DNA of 63,816 bases, filler included, from Craspedostauros australis (taxonomy: Eukaryota), in NCBI GenBank assembly GCA_030167865.1. It is 19 parts of 19 records of this genome, joined end to end, with 100 filler letters (N's around TTAATTAATTAA, not from the genome) between each part and the next. Parts side by side here need not be neighbours in the genome. Positions count along the whole stretch, not along the records: positions 23,697 to 27,173 come from JALAGF010003163.1; positions 27,274 to 28,872 come from JALAGF010003165.1; positions 28,973 to 31,248 come from JALAGF010003166.1; positions 31,349 to 41,957 come from JALAGF010003167.1; 15 more parts are not named here. The stretch is one strand, 5' to 3'. Made by a program: the position numbers and the translations under genes. Below are positions 24,621 to 36,449 of the stretch, piece after piece. The number at the start of each line of letters is the position of its first letter. The stretch's first letter is position 1. The notes beneath the pieces are model-generated. The model ran no database searches. It worked only from the letters and a program-made list of their open reading frames with translations, and had not been told where the DNA came from.

Positions 24621-27173
24621 TCAGAAAAGGACCGCTTGAGCCTGTTGTTTCCGTTTTGGCCCTGATTGTGATTTGGTGAGCATATCCGCCAAATTGGATT
24701 CTGATGGTTCGAACGATATCACAAGTATGCCCGCAGCGATGCTTTCTCGTACGAAATGGTAGGCAATGGCGTTTGCTTTCTTTCTGAGCTGTGATGCAGG
24801 AAGGGATGTGTTGTACACCACACTTTGGTTGTCCACACGGACATCAGCAGGACCATCGAGTGGAACACCCATCATACGCAACTTGTATCGCATTCCGATG
24901 ACAATTTCGGTGGCTACCTTGAGGGCAGTGAATTCACTACCGAATGTGGATGTTTCGATGCTGTTTTGCTTCTTGCTGTACCAAAGGATTGGGGATCGAT
25001 TCAAGTACAATAGAACGCCAGTGCGAGAGCGTCTCGTGACGCGGTCACCTGCATGGTCAGCGTCGACGAAGCATGTCATTTGCACCTCCTTTCCACGTGG
25101 CTTTGGCATGTCGCCCGGTATTTGCTCGCGGGCGTCAGGGTAGAATTCCGCCCAACTCGGTTGTGTTGTCATCGGTTTGTTGATATATGCGTCATCAAAA
25201 ACAAGGCGAGAACGATCGTGAGTTTTGAGGTACGCAAACATATGAAAGAGGGCATGGAGGTGACCGATGCGAGGCGCGACACAGTATGATGCCATCATGG
25301 ACGTTTCACAGCATATGTCAATGCGCCCGAGTTCGACCGTCCATCGTAGAATACCGATCAGTTGTTGATAGAACGTTGTGTCGTCGGAATCACACAACTG
25401 TGATCCGTCAAGTTCAGGCCGGTACGCGTTTGGCAAGACACTTGGTGCTTTGGTCTTGAGTCGCCCCTTTCTGTCTGTGAGCCACTTTGTGACTATCTTC
25501 AGGGCCGACTTGATGTATGCGTGTGACCCCATACTCCATTTCGGACGTGTGGGATCAGCAGTAAGGTGAAAAGGTGCGATTGTAGAACCGAGGTAAGTAG
25601 AAGGAGGACCGATGGAGCTGGGTTTGAGGAAAAAGTGAGAGTCAATCGCATCGAGGATGCGTTGTGGGCGTTTTGATACAGCGAGGATGTCGTCTGTGTA
25701 GACAAGCACGTATTCGTAATATTCTGACCCATCGCTCGCCACAGCAGGCTTCATCCAGACGTCGCTGTCTGCACGGCAGGATGTGAAACCCAACGAATCG
25801 CGCAATGTGTCCGCCAGATGTGACCTCCACGCTGCCCCACTGGATTTCAGACCGTACAAGGCTTTGCAGATGATCGCCAGCTTGCCCTGATCCGACCCAA
25901 ACTCTGGTCCACAACGTGTGTAGATGCGCTCTCGGCATGGTGCGTTGAGATACGCGTTCTGCGCATCTGCGGCGAGTATGTCCAGGTCGTTGAGAGCAGC
26001 CAGCATGAATGCGATCCGCACGCTCTCGCGAGATACCACACTCGCGTATGTGATGGAGGCTGGAGGCTCCGTCATGTGTCCCCCAGCGACCAACCGTGCC
26101 TTTCTGGTGAGGTCCACTTTGACGGCAAAGATCATATGACACTCCATGTACTGATAGCCGATTGGATCTGGTGTGTCGGTCTGTTTGATATCAAAGGCAG
26201 GTCGTACAGCTTTCATTTCCTTCTCGATGGCTTTGCGCCATAGATCGGTTCCTGTTGCTGCATCGATGGCAAGAGCATGTCGTACGGAGTTGGGTAGTTC
26301 GACACCGAACATTTCGTTCTTTCGGACGCGCCGTCGTTTGATGGATTGGATGATACGTTGTCGTTTTCGTAGTGTGTAGGGTACCCACCACTTGAAGGCA
26401 GGTTCATTGGTGAGTCGGTTGGCTTCTGCGTATTCTGCGACACGGACAGGATCTGCTTCCTTGGCATCACGGAGATGGATCCATGATGTTGACCCGTCCT
26501 TCCAACGGATACACAGCTTCCAGCCTTTCGTGGATTTAGAGTGAGCAGAAGGAGAAGCAACAGAAGGCAAACGTTGATGATCAACAATCTCATCCATCAA
26601 CATGGTTGAATATCCATCGTCATCCACACGAGCATATACGTTCTCAGCGATTTGGTTCGCGCTGAACACTTCATGGTGTCCGTCGAGGAACTCGACTTCG
26701 TACTGAGCAGTATCAAGCATTGGGTTGGTGTGAGAATGTCCAAGGAGCTGACCGTCAGCATCGCGTTTGCGTTTCTTGACGGTGCCGTACTGCATTTCGT
26801 CCCCTGTTGGCAGCAGGACTTTCGTTGTGATGTATTTGTCAAACGCTTCGCTGGATACGTTGTCTGGCTCCATGATGGATTCCAGTGGCGCGGTATGTTG
26901 CAGGAATGCGATGTTCTCGGCCGTGTCATCGACATCGTCACCGTCATCTTCGATCACGACGCCTTCCATGCGTTTGTTCCATTTGGACCGTAACGTGTTC
27001 ATGAATTCGGTGCGTTTGTGTTCGAGGACTTCGTTGTTGGTGTCATCATGTGAGAGAGGTAGTACAGAGGATTTAGAAACAACAATGCCATTGGCGGTGA
27101 GGATATACGAGCACATGGCCTCGCCAACAGAATGGCTTGGCCCCAAGTATCGACCGAGTTGCTTGACGTTCAT
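24621..27173 (-). mobile_element. Ty1/copia (CoDi-like) pol: integrase C-terminus, chromodomain-like module, RT, RNase H
   Basis: GRYLGPSH, EIVDH...LCIRWKDGSTSW, RKARLVAGGH, KALYGLKSSG, YTDD, FVDADHAGD, TFGSEF, ADMLTK. Confidence 0.93.
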
Positions 27174-27295
27174 NNNNNNNNNNNNNNNNNNNNNNNNNNN
27201 NNNNNNNNNNNNNNNNNTTAATTAATTAANNNNNNNNNNNNNNNNNNNNNNNNNNNNNNNNNNNNNNNNNNNNATCCTGTCAACGTCAGTAGGCG

Positions 27296-28089
27296 TGTTG
27301 GCAAGTTCCGTGATTGGTAACCTACGATCGTGGAAGATGGTGTTGGTTGATAGTCGTTCGTTTGCTATTTCATTACTTGGCTACTCCGATCCTCTCGGTG
27401 TACACCAGTTCTCTTGCCCGATGCTCTTGGTGCTTCAATCCGTTTCGTAGATTCGGTCTCCGACTATGAGTCAGTACGCGAGATGCTCTCTTGCTCCTCT
27501 CTGTTTACTCTCTCTCTCAACATTGTGTGCTGGTGCTACACGATACTCCGTGTTCGATGCGTACTCTGCATTCGAAACTCCGTTCATTCAGTACTGGCTC
27601 CTACTCCATGAGTACTTACCATTTGAAGTTCATCTCCCGTATCCATGATCCTGATGCACTTTGGTCATTCGGATCTTCGCCTCCTGCTCTGACTTGGAGA
27701 CAGATGTTGACGTGGTGACATGATGACATCCTGTCGACGTCAGTAAACGTCCTTCTGCTCTCCAGATGTCACGTTCCATTGGTGATGCAGCAGTCTGTCA
27801 GATGATATCGTCATCTGAGGTTTAGTTGGGAAGTACCCCGAGATTCTCTTGGTACCATTGATGGATGGACGGACGATATTCCAATTCTCTTAGAAATCGT
27901 CCATTGCAAATTTCCTCCAGAAATTCTGCTCATTTTCGTGTGTTCCATTTCCACTGTAATTCTGACGAATCACAGCATACTATTGACACGAGTGTAGTTA
28001 TACCGTCCAAGTGCGTATGAGAGAATAACAGGTGAACGATGCACATATACACGTACATCTCGATATATTCTCACATGTACATCTCGACA
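27296..28089 (-). mobile_element. LTR-like repeat family A, full copy (794 bp)
   Basis: TGTTGGCAAGTTCC...ATCTCGACA, colinear with the copies at 14250 and 39966. No TSD. Confidence 0.85.
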
Positions 28090-28972
28090 GAGAGACACCA
28101 AGATTATTGGGAGACTCCGAGAGGCATCGGAACAATGAAATGAAATAGCAAACGAAATCGAAACAACTACCACCACCACCACCGTCAACAGTTGCAAGAG
28201 TATCTGTGAGCAGAACTTGCCAACACAGGACAGCAAGCATGAAGTAACCAAGATGATATCCAAGGATCAAGCTGGAGCGCCATTGTACCATGACAAACTG
28301 ATTAAGGCAGCAAGCATGGACTTCCCTGTGTTGGGTGGCTTCATGTTTGTCAAGATGTGGACACTTTTTCCGTCAACGGAGGTCCCAAACTTTGGTGATC
28401 GCTTTGATCAATGCAAAGATCTCACGCCTGACGAAGATCCGCCTGGGTGCAGTGAGATCAATATCAACTTCGGGTACAAGGTGAAAAATGAAGGCGATGA
28501 TGCTGATCGAGCGTCTTTTGTGATGGACACTGCAACTGTGTTGTGACCAAAAAAGTAGAACCCTGCCACCTCTGCAACTCCGAAAAGAAACACCAAATGC
28601 TCACTCAGACGCCCAACAGCAACAACCCCAACAGAAACTGAATTGCTGCACACATCAATAGTCTCAAACAAGTGAATCAATCGCAGCTTGAATAAATGCA
28701 CACTTCGTCAGCAAAACATGGAAAGTTGCCAACAGCACTGGAGTGGTACTTCTCAGGTTTGCTGGTGACTTCACTCTCGGGAGTTCAGAGCTGGTTGTTG
28801 CCGCCATGTTTGTCACTCCAAGTTGCCGTAGTATACGTGTTTCATTTCAGATTCATTTACGACCTATGGTAANNNNNNNNNNNNNNNNNNNNNNNNNNNN
28901 NNNNNNNNNNNNNNNNTTAATTAATTAANNNNNNNNNNNNNNNNNNNNNNNNNNNNNNNNNNNNNNNNNNNN

Positions 28973-29053
28973 AAGTGCGTATGAGAGAATAACGGGTGAA
29001 CGATGCACATATATACGTACATCTTGACATATACTCACATGTACATCTCGACA
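28973..29053 (-). mobile_element. Terminal fragment of repeat family A
   Basis: AAGTGCGTATGAGAG...ATCTCGACA matches 28009-28089. Confidence 0.85.
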
Positions 29054-29365
29054 CCCGGAGAGGGTGCATCACTTGCCCATTTCCCTGCTGTCTGTTCTGA
29101 TCGACGTCGTCGTCTGCATGGTTGCCATGGTTGGTTTGGTATCGGGACCTCCTGATCCGCTTTTGGTGTGGTTCTTTCATTACCAGAGGACAGACTACCC
29201 TCTTCGTGGTAGGACTGGTATCAATCACGTTCGTGTCCTTCAGCATAGTCGTAATGACATGGTATTCAAAGGCGTGACGAATCATATTCAAACATGTGAC
29301 GAATAATGTTGGGAGATGCGGTATTCATGGGTATTCCGACAAAGTCGTACCCTCGATTCCGAACA
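29054..29365 (-). mobile_element. Diverged terminus of LTR family B
   Basis: 29295-29365 aligns to 30275-30348 (ATAATGTTGGGAG...GTCGTACCCTCGATTCC..ACA). The left boundary is uncertain. Confidence 0.55.
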
Positions 29366-29662
29366 ACCCTCCGAGACATGGGCTTCCAACAGTGCAGGTC
29401 TGACCCCGATGTGTGGATGCACGACGCAGGTCCGCACTGGGAATACGTTTGCGTATACGTGGACGATCTCATGGCAGTCATGTCTGACCCACACTCGTTC
29501 TTCGACACGCTCACATCGCAGTATGGCTACAAGCTCAAGGGTGTCGGCCCCATCTCCTACCATCTAGGAGCAGACTTCGGAAGAGACAGCGACGGCACAA
29601 TGCAAATCAGCGCACGGTCCTGCATCAAACGCATGCTCACGAACTGCGAACAGATGTTCGAC
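29366..29662 (+). pseudogene. Copia RT fragment (same family as 18285-19395)
   Basis: TLRDMGF...DPDVWM...YVDDL...; from 29439 it is near-identical to 18285-18508. Confidence 0.88.
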
Positions 29663-29666
29663 TGAT

Positions 29667-30348
29667 TGTTGGAAATCCGGGGTTAGTGTTAGTAGGAACT
29701 AATAGGTTGTTAGATCGTACTGGTTCAGAACTGTGAGCTCATTCTCTTCAGCTCCTTTGCCTTTCGTTTCTCATATAGCATCTTCTGTAGCAGCATCGTG
29801 TTATACTGTTGCGTTCATGCATCTCATCATCATGAATCTTCGCTTGCATACATGAGATCATATCCGCAGGCATCCTTGTCATGCGTCTCGTCGTGCATAT
29901 CCGTAGGCATTCTTTCCATGCACCTCGTCGTGCATATCCTTATTCTACATTCCCTGCGGTACGATTCCACAGTCTTGCGTTTCTCTCTTGATCTCCTGAC
30001 ACCGAACTTTACGATTGGTGTCATGATTGGTGTCATGGATGATGCCCTTTCTGAGTTGTTCTAGTCTGTGGGTGACACGTGCCATGATCTCCAGATGGGG
30101 TGATCACCAATGTGTCGGTCATCATCTTCCTTCACATGATTTAGATGTCGTGGCCTTTTCTTGATTCATAGAGGACAGGCTTGTTTGCTTGGTAAGACTG
30201 AGGTCATTCACGTGTGATTCGTGTCGTGGGTAGAATGGACAATGTTCAATGGTGTGATGAATAATATCCAAAGGTGTGACAAATAATGTTGGGAGTTGCG
30301 GCAATCATGGGTATCTTTTCGACAGAGTCGTACCCTCGATTCCTGACA
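29667..30348 (-). mobile_element. 3' LTR family B (682 bp)
   Basis: Minus strand TGTCAGG...TCCAACA, immediately preceded by PPT-like ATGGAAGGG downstream of the RNase H ORF. Confidence 0.75.
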
Positions 30349-30422
30349 CCCTTCCATTGTCGCATCGACAACACATTACTCACACTCTCACATTCTCATA
30401 ATTTCGCGTCCTCTCCTCTCCG

Positions 30423-31248
30423 TTACTGATCCATTGTGGAACGCAGTTGGATGTAGTGATCCTTGTGCTTTTCGTAGGTCTCCTTTTTGGTATTCTTCGT
30501 AAAGCCGTCTGCGATGTTGTCTTCAGAACGCACAAACTTGGTTCTGGCCTCTCCATTTGTAATCAGTTCTCGAATGAAATGATGTCGGATGTCGATGTGC
30601 CTTGTCCTTGCGGACGTTGATGGGTTGGAGGCGATGAAGATCGTTCCGACGTTGTCGACCATCACATCTGCTGGCCTGTGCATCTTCAGTCCGATGTCGT
30701 TCATCAATTGTGTCACGAAGCGAATTTCCTTTCCTGCTTCCGACAGGGCAACGTACTCTGCTTCCGTCGAGCTGAGTGTTACGCTCCGTTGTGCCTTTGA
30801 TCTCCATATGATTGGCACTCCTTGTAGTAGGACGATGTGCCCTCCTACGCTGATGCGATTGTCTTTGTCACCTGCGAATTCACTGTCGGTGTATATTGCA
30901 ATCTTCCATGCATCGTTGGTCAGTGGACTTGGTTTCATCTTCAGTCCATATTCTCTCGTGTCCCACACGAACTTCATGACTCGTAGCATCTCCTTGTATG
31001 CTGCGGCCGTTGGCCCATCCAATACCTTGGTCAGTTCTCGCACTGCGTTGGCGATGTCGGGTCGAGAGTGTTTCACCAGGTATAGCAGCATACCAACTCC
31101 GCTTCGGTATCTGCTGTGTCGCTGCTTGTCCACTTTGGGTGCATCGCTTTGCCTTTGGATGCCCTGCCCTGGTGTCCCAGGCGTTCCGTATCGTTGCAGC
31201 TTCACCACATCGCTTCCGAACGTATCGATGATGTTCTTTAGGATGTGT
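30423..31248 (-). mobile_element. Ty1/copia RT end and RNase H
   Basis: YRSGVGMLLYL, SRPDIA, YTDSEFAGD, LSSTEAEY, RTRHID, ADGFTK. Confidence 0.93.
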
Positions 31249-31348
31249 NNNNNNNNNNNNNNNNNNNNNNNNNNNNNNNNNNNNNNNNNNNNTTAATTAA
31301 TTAANNNNNNNNNNNNNNNNNNNNNNNNNNNNNNNNNNNNNNNNNNNN

Positions 31349-33303
31349 CCAACGCCTGTTGATGACGATAACCCCAAGAAGGAGGTTGCTGGCCAACCAG
31401 CCGTTGCCATTGACGAGGCAGCTGCAGAGGCTGTCACTGAGCCATCCACCGATGCAGCCACCGATGCAACCACCGATGCAGCCACCGATGCTGTCACCGA
31501 TGCCGACCGCGCCAACGCCGACGTTGATGTCGACGATGCTGATGCCGACAATACATCCGAGGCGGAAGAAGAGGAGACAGAGGAAGACAAGAAGGCCAAG
31601 AGAAAGGAACGCCGCCAACGAAAGAGACGAATCCGAAAAGAGATCGATGACATCATCAAGGAGACAGAAGCAACAGAGCTGGAAGATGACTTCGAGCCTG
31701 AAGCCATCGAGGCACTCCACAAGGCAGCCATCACGATCTGCTACACCAAGAAGTACTACGATGTCTTCAAGGACAGCTTTAAGTACTTCCCGTCTGTGTC
31801 CAAGACACTCATGAACTTCACCCTCATCGAGGAGGCCGAGCAGTACTACTTCGAGGAGGAAGATGAGTTTCCGATGGAGTACAGCGCTGGTCTTCGATCT
31901 GTGGTGTCAATGAGAGAGGTGAAGAAGAGTGAGGATCCAGATGCCGACGACGACGATGATGGTGCGGATGATGATGAGGACTATCTGAATGCTCTGGCGA
32001 CGGAGCTGGACCTTGATTCAGATGGTGATGATGCATTTGATGACAGCGATGTGGAGGGTGAAGGTGAGGATGATGCTGCTGACGATGCCAACGCTGAGGC
32101 TACTCCTGTTGGAGCCACAATTGATAGAGAGTTTTGCAAGCCGCAGCTGTTGGACCAACTGAATTTGATCCTCCCACGAGCCCTTCGGTTGATGCCGATG
32201 CTGTTGATGATCACAGTCCTGTTGTTGCTGGGGCTGAGATTCCTGATCAACCGCCATCAGTGAGTGAACCAGGCAAAGATCTACCAGCGGAAGGAGAAGC
32301 CGAGGAAGCTGCAAGCAACGAGACTGCTGTGGAGGATCCAAGTTCCGTGTCCAAAGGCGAGCATGATTTGATTGACTCGAAATCGCCGACTGAAGTTGCC
32401 GAACCACAAACGAACGAACCAGCCGTTGGATCAGCCACTTCCAATTCAGATGATCGAGATACTGTGCTGTCTGACTTCTTGGAGGAGGCATTGAGCCATG
32501 ACCTTGACCTCAATCTCGACTCACATCTCCTCGCTCTGAGCGACACAGAGGATGCACCAACCGCAGCCCCTCCCGCAGCGAAACCGACGGAAGCCAAAGA
32601 AACAGCTGGGACCGAGAACACGACTACGAAATCGAAGCCAACCAAACAGGCAAGGGTGCTTACATCAATAAAACCTGGTCCAAAGACATCATCTCAGAAC
32701 CACCCCGGAAAATCTACGACAGCGCAACGCAAGGTCACCATGAAGCAAACAATAAAGCCATTGCAGTCGCAGCGTCCAGCATTGACGACCAAATCTAAGT
32801 CCATGGTCAATCGACCATCAAAACAGGCGAAATCCAAGACGCGCGGGCCAATTCCGAGACCCACCGCACCGCGATCCAAGTCCTCGAACAGACTCGTCCA
32901 GCCGATCGCCGTCACGACGCCGTCCGTTTCCTTCCCGCCGCTCGTCGACAGGCCGCAGGCGATCATGCTGACGGACTCGATGGACGAGGATGGCAACATC
33001 TCCGAGGACTACGTCAATCCCCGGCGCATGAAGACGACGTACTGCTCCGAGCCGTACCAGCCCACCGTCCACAGCGGACGCGCACCATGCGATCTGTGCG
33101 TGCACATGCTGTCGCACGAAGAACGGGATCTGTTCGCCATACGTGGGCGACACATCCGCGTGATGCAGACTGCGGGAGGATGTAGCAAGAGCTGCAACAT
33201 CTTCCCTCGCAAGACCGGCAGCCGCGCGCCGATCCGGCTGTGCCGCAACTGTTTCTTCAGCACCCACAATGATCGATCGAAGCATCAGGGAGTTGTGATG
33301 TAA
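31349..33303 (+). CDS. Large acidic/low-complexity protein with C-terminal Cys/His cluster (partial, frame break at ~32132)
   Basis: The frame of ORF 31796 is open back to the contig start (D/E/A-rich) and continues in ORF 32134..33303, ending CDLC...GRH...GGCSKSC..FPR...RLCRNCFFSTH. Confidence 0.6.
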
Positions 33304-34706
33304 GCAGTCGCGAAAAGAGCGGAGCAGCTGAGTGATCTGCGGACCTGCGCTAGACGAAGCTCTTTCTCTCTCTCTCAGGAAAGAGAAGCGGAAGGCTGGA
33401 AGAGGTAATGAAGAAGGAAATGAGCAGCCACGACCAAGGTTAGCGTCCTGCGCTTCTATCCTTCACCGCCGTCATCAGCATGACTGCGCCAACCTGGTGC
33501 GTTCGGCGCAGACTTTTTGGTTGGCGCCGGTGAGCCTCCCAGTCTCTCCCACGGAAACAAAGTCGACCAACACCGTTCCAGCACATTTAGGGAACAACCA
33601 GTCGAAGTTAGACTCATGAATGTAAAGCGTGCTACTATGCCACAACAAGTATTGACAGTATTGTGTGTTATTGTGGTATTGTACAATGCTGCGGTGGTAC
33701 ATGACGAGCGTAGAGAATGTATGCGTGGAGGGGCAAGGCACTCTGTCGACGAGGATCGAGCAAGTTGGGTCAGATTATCTGCTCTAATCTTAATTCCTTC
33801 TCCATAGTGTTTGACTCATTCGAGCACATTCCCAACTAGAGTCCGTCGATTCGGCTGATTTGATACTTTGTTCTGTGCCACGTTTGCGGGTGTCATCGTG
33901 GAGAATCGCCTCGCAAATTCCGTTGTTCTGGATTTCTTCTCTTTCCTCTTCTTTTGGTGGCTTCGAAACAGGAGGATCCATTCCGTTTCATTTTGCGCAC
34001 AGTGAGAGGACTCCGCGCATCATCGGAAGAGACGAACATTGATCGGCAACCAAACAGAGAGACGAACTTGAAGGTAAGGCAGGATGGTGGCTGGGTGAGA
34101 GGCAGGGCATGAGATGAGGCGATGGGATCGATGACGCTGCAGGATTCCTGGGAGCGGCAGTTTGATGCATGAGATCGTCATTGAATATAACACAACAGAG
34201 CACAACAGAGCACACCACACTCTGCGATGACAGAAAGGCAAAGAATCGAGAAGAATGAAAATGAATGGCGATGCTTGATGATCGATGGTCATGGGACTGT
34301 GTCGCCAGGGGATTGGGAGAGAGGGTTCGAGTTCTCTCTTCTCTCTCTCTCTCTTCATCGGCTGTGATGGTCAGGCATTGCTGCTGCCCATGTACCACTG
34401 ACGGTGCCAGATATACTCATACTCCCTGTTGATCCAAGACCATCCAACTCACTTTCCGCTCTCTCTCCATATCTCGCTTTTCTGCATCTTTCTTCTTCTT
34501 CTTCTTCTTCTTCCGATCTGATGCCATCACTTTCCAACTGCACATTCCGACCTGTCAATACTCGCACCCTTCACGTCTTCAGCCTCACACTCCATCTTCC
34601 CACCATCCTCGTACAAATAATAGGTGAGAAGGTAATCGCGGAAAGCTGGACCGAGATAGTGTCGGCAACGCGCAGAGCAGAGCAGAGCAGAGTGGAATAG
34701 CGCAAG

Positions 34707-36263
34707 ATGCCACCTCCGCCACCACCTTCCAAATCGTATCTCCTGGTGCTGGACACAGATTCCGAGGATAACGACAGCTCGCGTGAGGAGCGCAAGGTCG
34801 AGGAACCGCAGCCTCAAGAGGAGGAACATGACAGCGACTACGCGCGCCAGCTGGCACAGATGATGACATTCCAGCAGGAGCAGCAAGCCTGGCAGACGGT
34901 CGGCACGCCGATGTCTCACTCAAGGCGGTCCACAACGTCAACGGCGGCGCTCACAGATAGCACGCGCAGCACGCTAGATGGCAGCATCCTGGAGGATGCC
35001 AAGGAAGACTTCGACGCGGAACCTGACACTGGCAGCGACGACAACGAGACGCTCACAAAGGCGAAGCAAAAGAAGAAACGCAAAAACAAAAAGAAAAGGA
35101 AGAACAAGAAGAAGAAAGCGCAGGCCAAGGCGCAGGAGGGTATCAAGCACGTCACATTCTCGGAGGAATTGAGAATACGGGAATACGCCAGATGTTTTGG
35201 AACCGACGTCGTGCCTGCGGATGGTGGTTGGCCTTTGGGGATGGAATCCGAACCAGTCAAGGACGAGATCGTCGCCCTGGAGGACTACCTGCGTCAGCGC
35301 CAGGAGGAGCTGCACCAGCGTTGGCTCAGCGTCCAGTCCAAGGCAAGCGAAGCAGTTCAGGCCACAATGACCAAGTTGCATGGCCGTCATGCTCAAAAGA
35401 AGACAGGCGACGCGTATGGCACGTTGTACGAATCGAGGCAATGGGACTCCAAAAGCGGCATACGCAATCCCATCTTTCGATTGATTAATGAAGAGCAACG
35501 TCGCGACATTTTCCTGGAGCATGATGGCAGCAGCAGCAGTAGCAACAACAACAACAACGGCAGCAAAGGGAAGCAGGGTCGACAACGATCCAACTCCTTC
35601 CAGGTTCATTCCAACGGCAACCAATCGTCGCCACCATCCAAGCGACGTGGTAGGTCCAATTCCTTCGCGCACCACAGCAGCAGCAACAACAACAACCAAC
35701 CCAAGTTCAACGAAAAGTACAATCAAATTTATGTGCACCACGTGCGCAACGAACTGGAGCAGATCCGCAACTACCGCTCCGACACCAGCGCCACCGGCTG
35801 CAACTGCCGCAAGCTCCACGTCTACTTGCCACCCAAGGACGGCTCGGGTGGCAAGAAATCGCAGCACCGTCGCCTCAAACCCAGCAAGATCGTGCAGGAG
35901 CTCAAGAAGCGCCACGCCTACGACGAACCCAAGCACAAGCAGTGGGGCCGCGAGGAGCTGGAACGTCTCCTGCACGACATCGTCGAGCAGCAACCCTGCT
36001 GCTGGGGCGAGGACTGCTTCTGCGTGCGCAACGGCATCGATTGCCAGGCCGATGCCTGCTCGTGCTGGCATGCGTCGCATCAGATCGTGCATGCGAGCAG
36101 CACCAAGAACAACCGCACGAACAGCACGCAGGATATTCAGAAGCGTTGCGGCAACAAGAACGGCATGTACGTCGTCGATCTCGATGTCATCGACGCGTAT
36201 CGTCAGAAGCAGTTGGATGCTTTGCCTGCCAGCTTGTACTGCCATCCAACCAAAGTGGCATGA
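34707..36263 (+). CDS. CSRNP/AXUD1-like cysteine-rich nuclear protein
   Basis: Poly-Lys NLS, then KHVTF...VPADGGWPLGM, ELEQIR..R...GCNC, CFCVRNGIDCQAD.CSC, CGNKNG, matching the order of CSRNP motifs. Confidence 0.72.
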   Translation: MPPPPPPSKSYLLVLDTDSEDNDSSREERKVEEPQPQEEEHDSDYARQLAQMMTFQQEQQAWQTVGTPMSHSRRSTTSTAALTDSTRSTLDGSILEDAKEDFDAEPDTGSDDNETLTKAKQKKKRKNKKKRKNKKKKAQAKAQEGIKHVTFSEELRIREYARCFGTDVVPADGGWPLGMESEPVKDEIVALEDYLRQRQEELHQRWLSVQSKASEAVQATMTKLHGRHAQKKTGDAYGTLYESRQWDSKSGIRNPIFRLINEEQRRDIFLEHDGSSSSSNNNNNGSKGKQGRQRSNSFQVHSNGNQSSPPSKRRGRSNSFAHHSSSNNNNQPKFNEKYNQIYVHHVRNELEQIRNYRSDTSATGCNCRKLHVYLPPKDGSGGKKSQHRRLKPSKIVQELKKRHAYDEPKHKQWGREELERLLHDIVEQQPCCWGEDCFCVRNGIDCQADACSCWHASHQIVHASSTKNNRTNSTQDIQKRCGNKNGMYVVDLDVIDAYRQKQLDALPASLYCHPTKVA

Positions 36264-36449
36264 AGGTGACGCGACATCCTTCTTCGCCCATCACACCTAC
36301 ACAAATTTTAATTTAGAAATCAATCAATCGCAAGCATCAGAACCATTCTATTATTATGCTCTTGTTGTTGAGATGAAGGTTCGTGCAAACTTCCTACTTC
36401 TTCTAATTGGAGTGGAATAATCTCGAGTAGAGAAAGGGCATTCCGTCCA

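Noticed and set aside
28217..28546. 109-aa ORF next to repeat A
   Set aside because: It may be a gene remnant but has no identifiable motif.
34974..36420. 423-aa antisense and 310-aa alternate-frame ORFs
   Set aside because: Shadow ORFs of the GC3-rich CSRNP-like gene, with no motifs.
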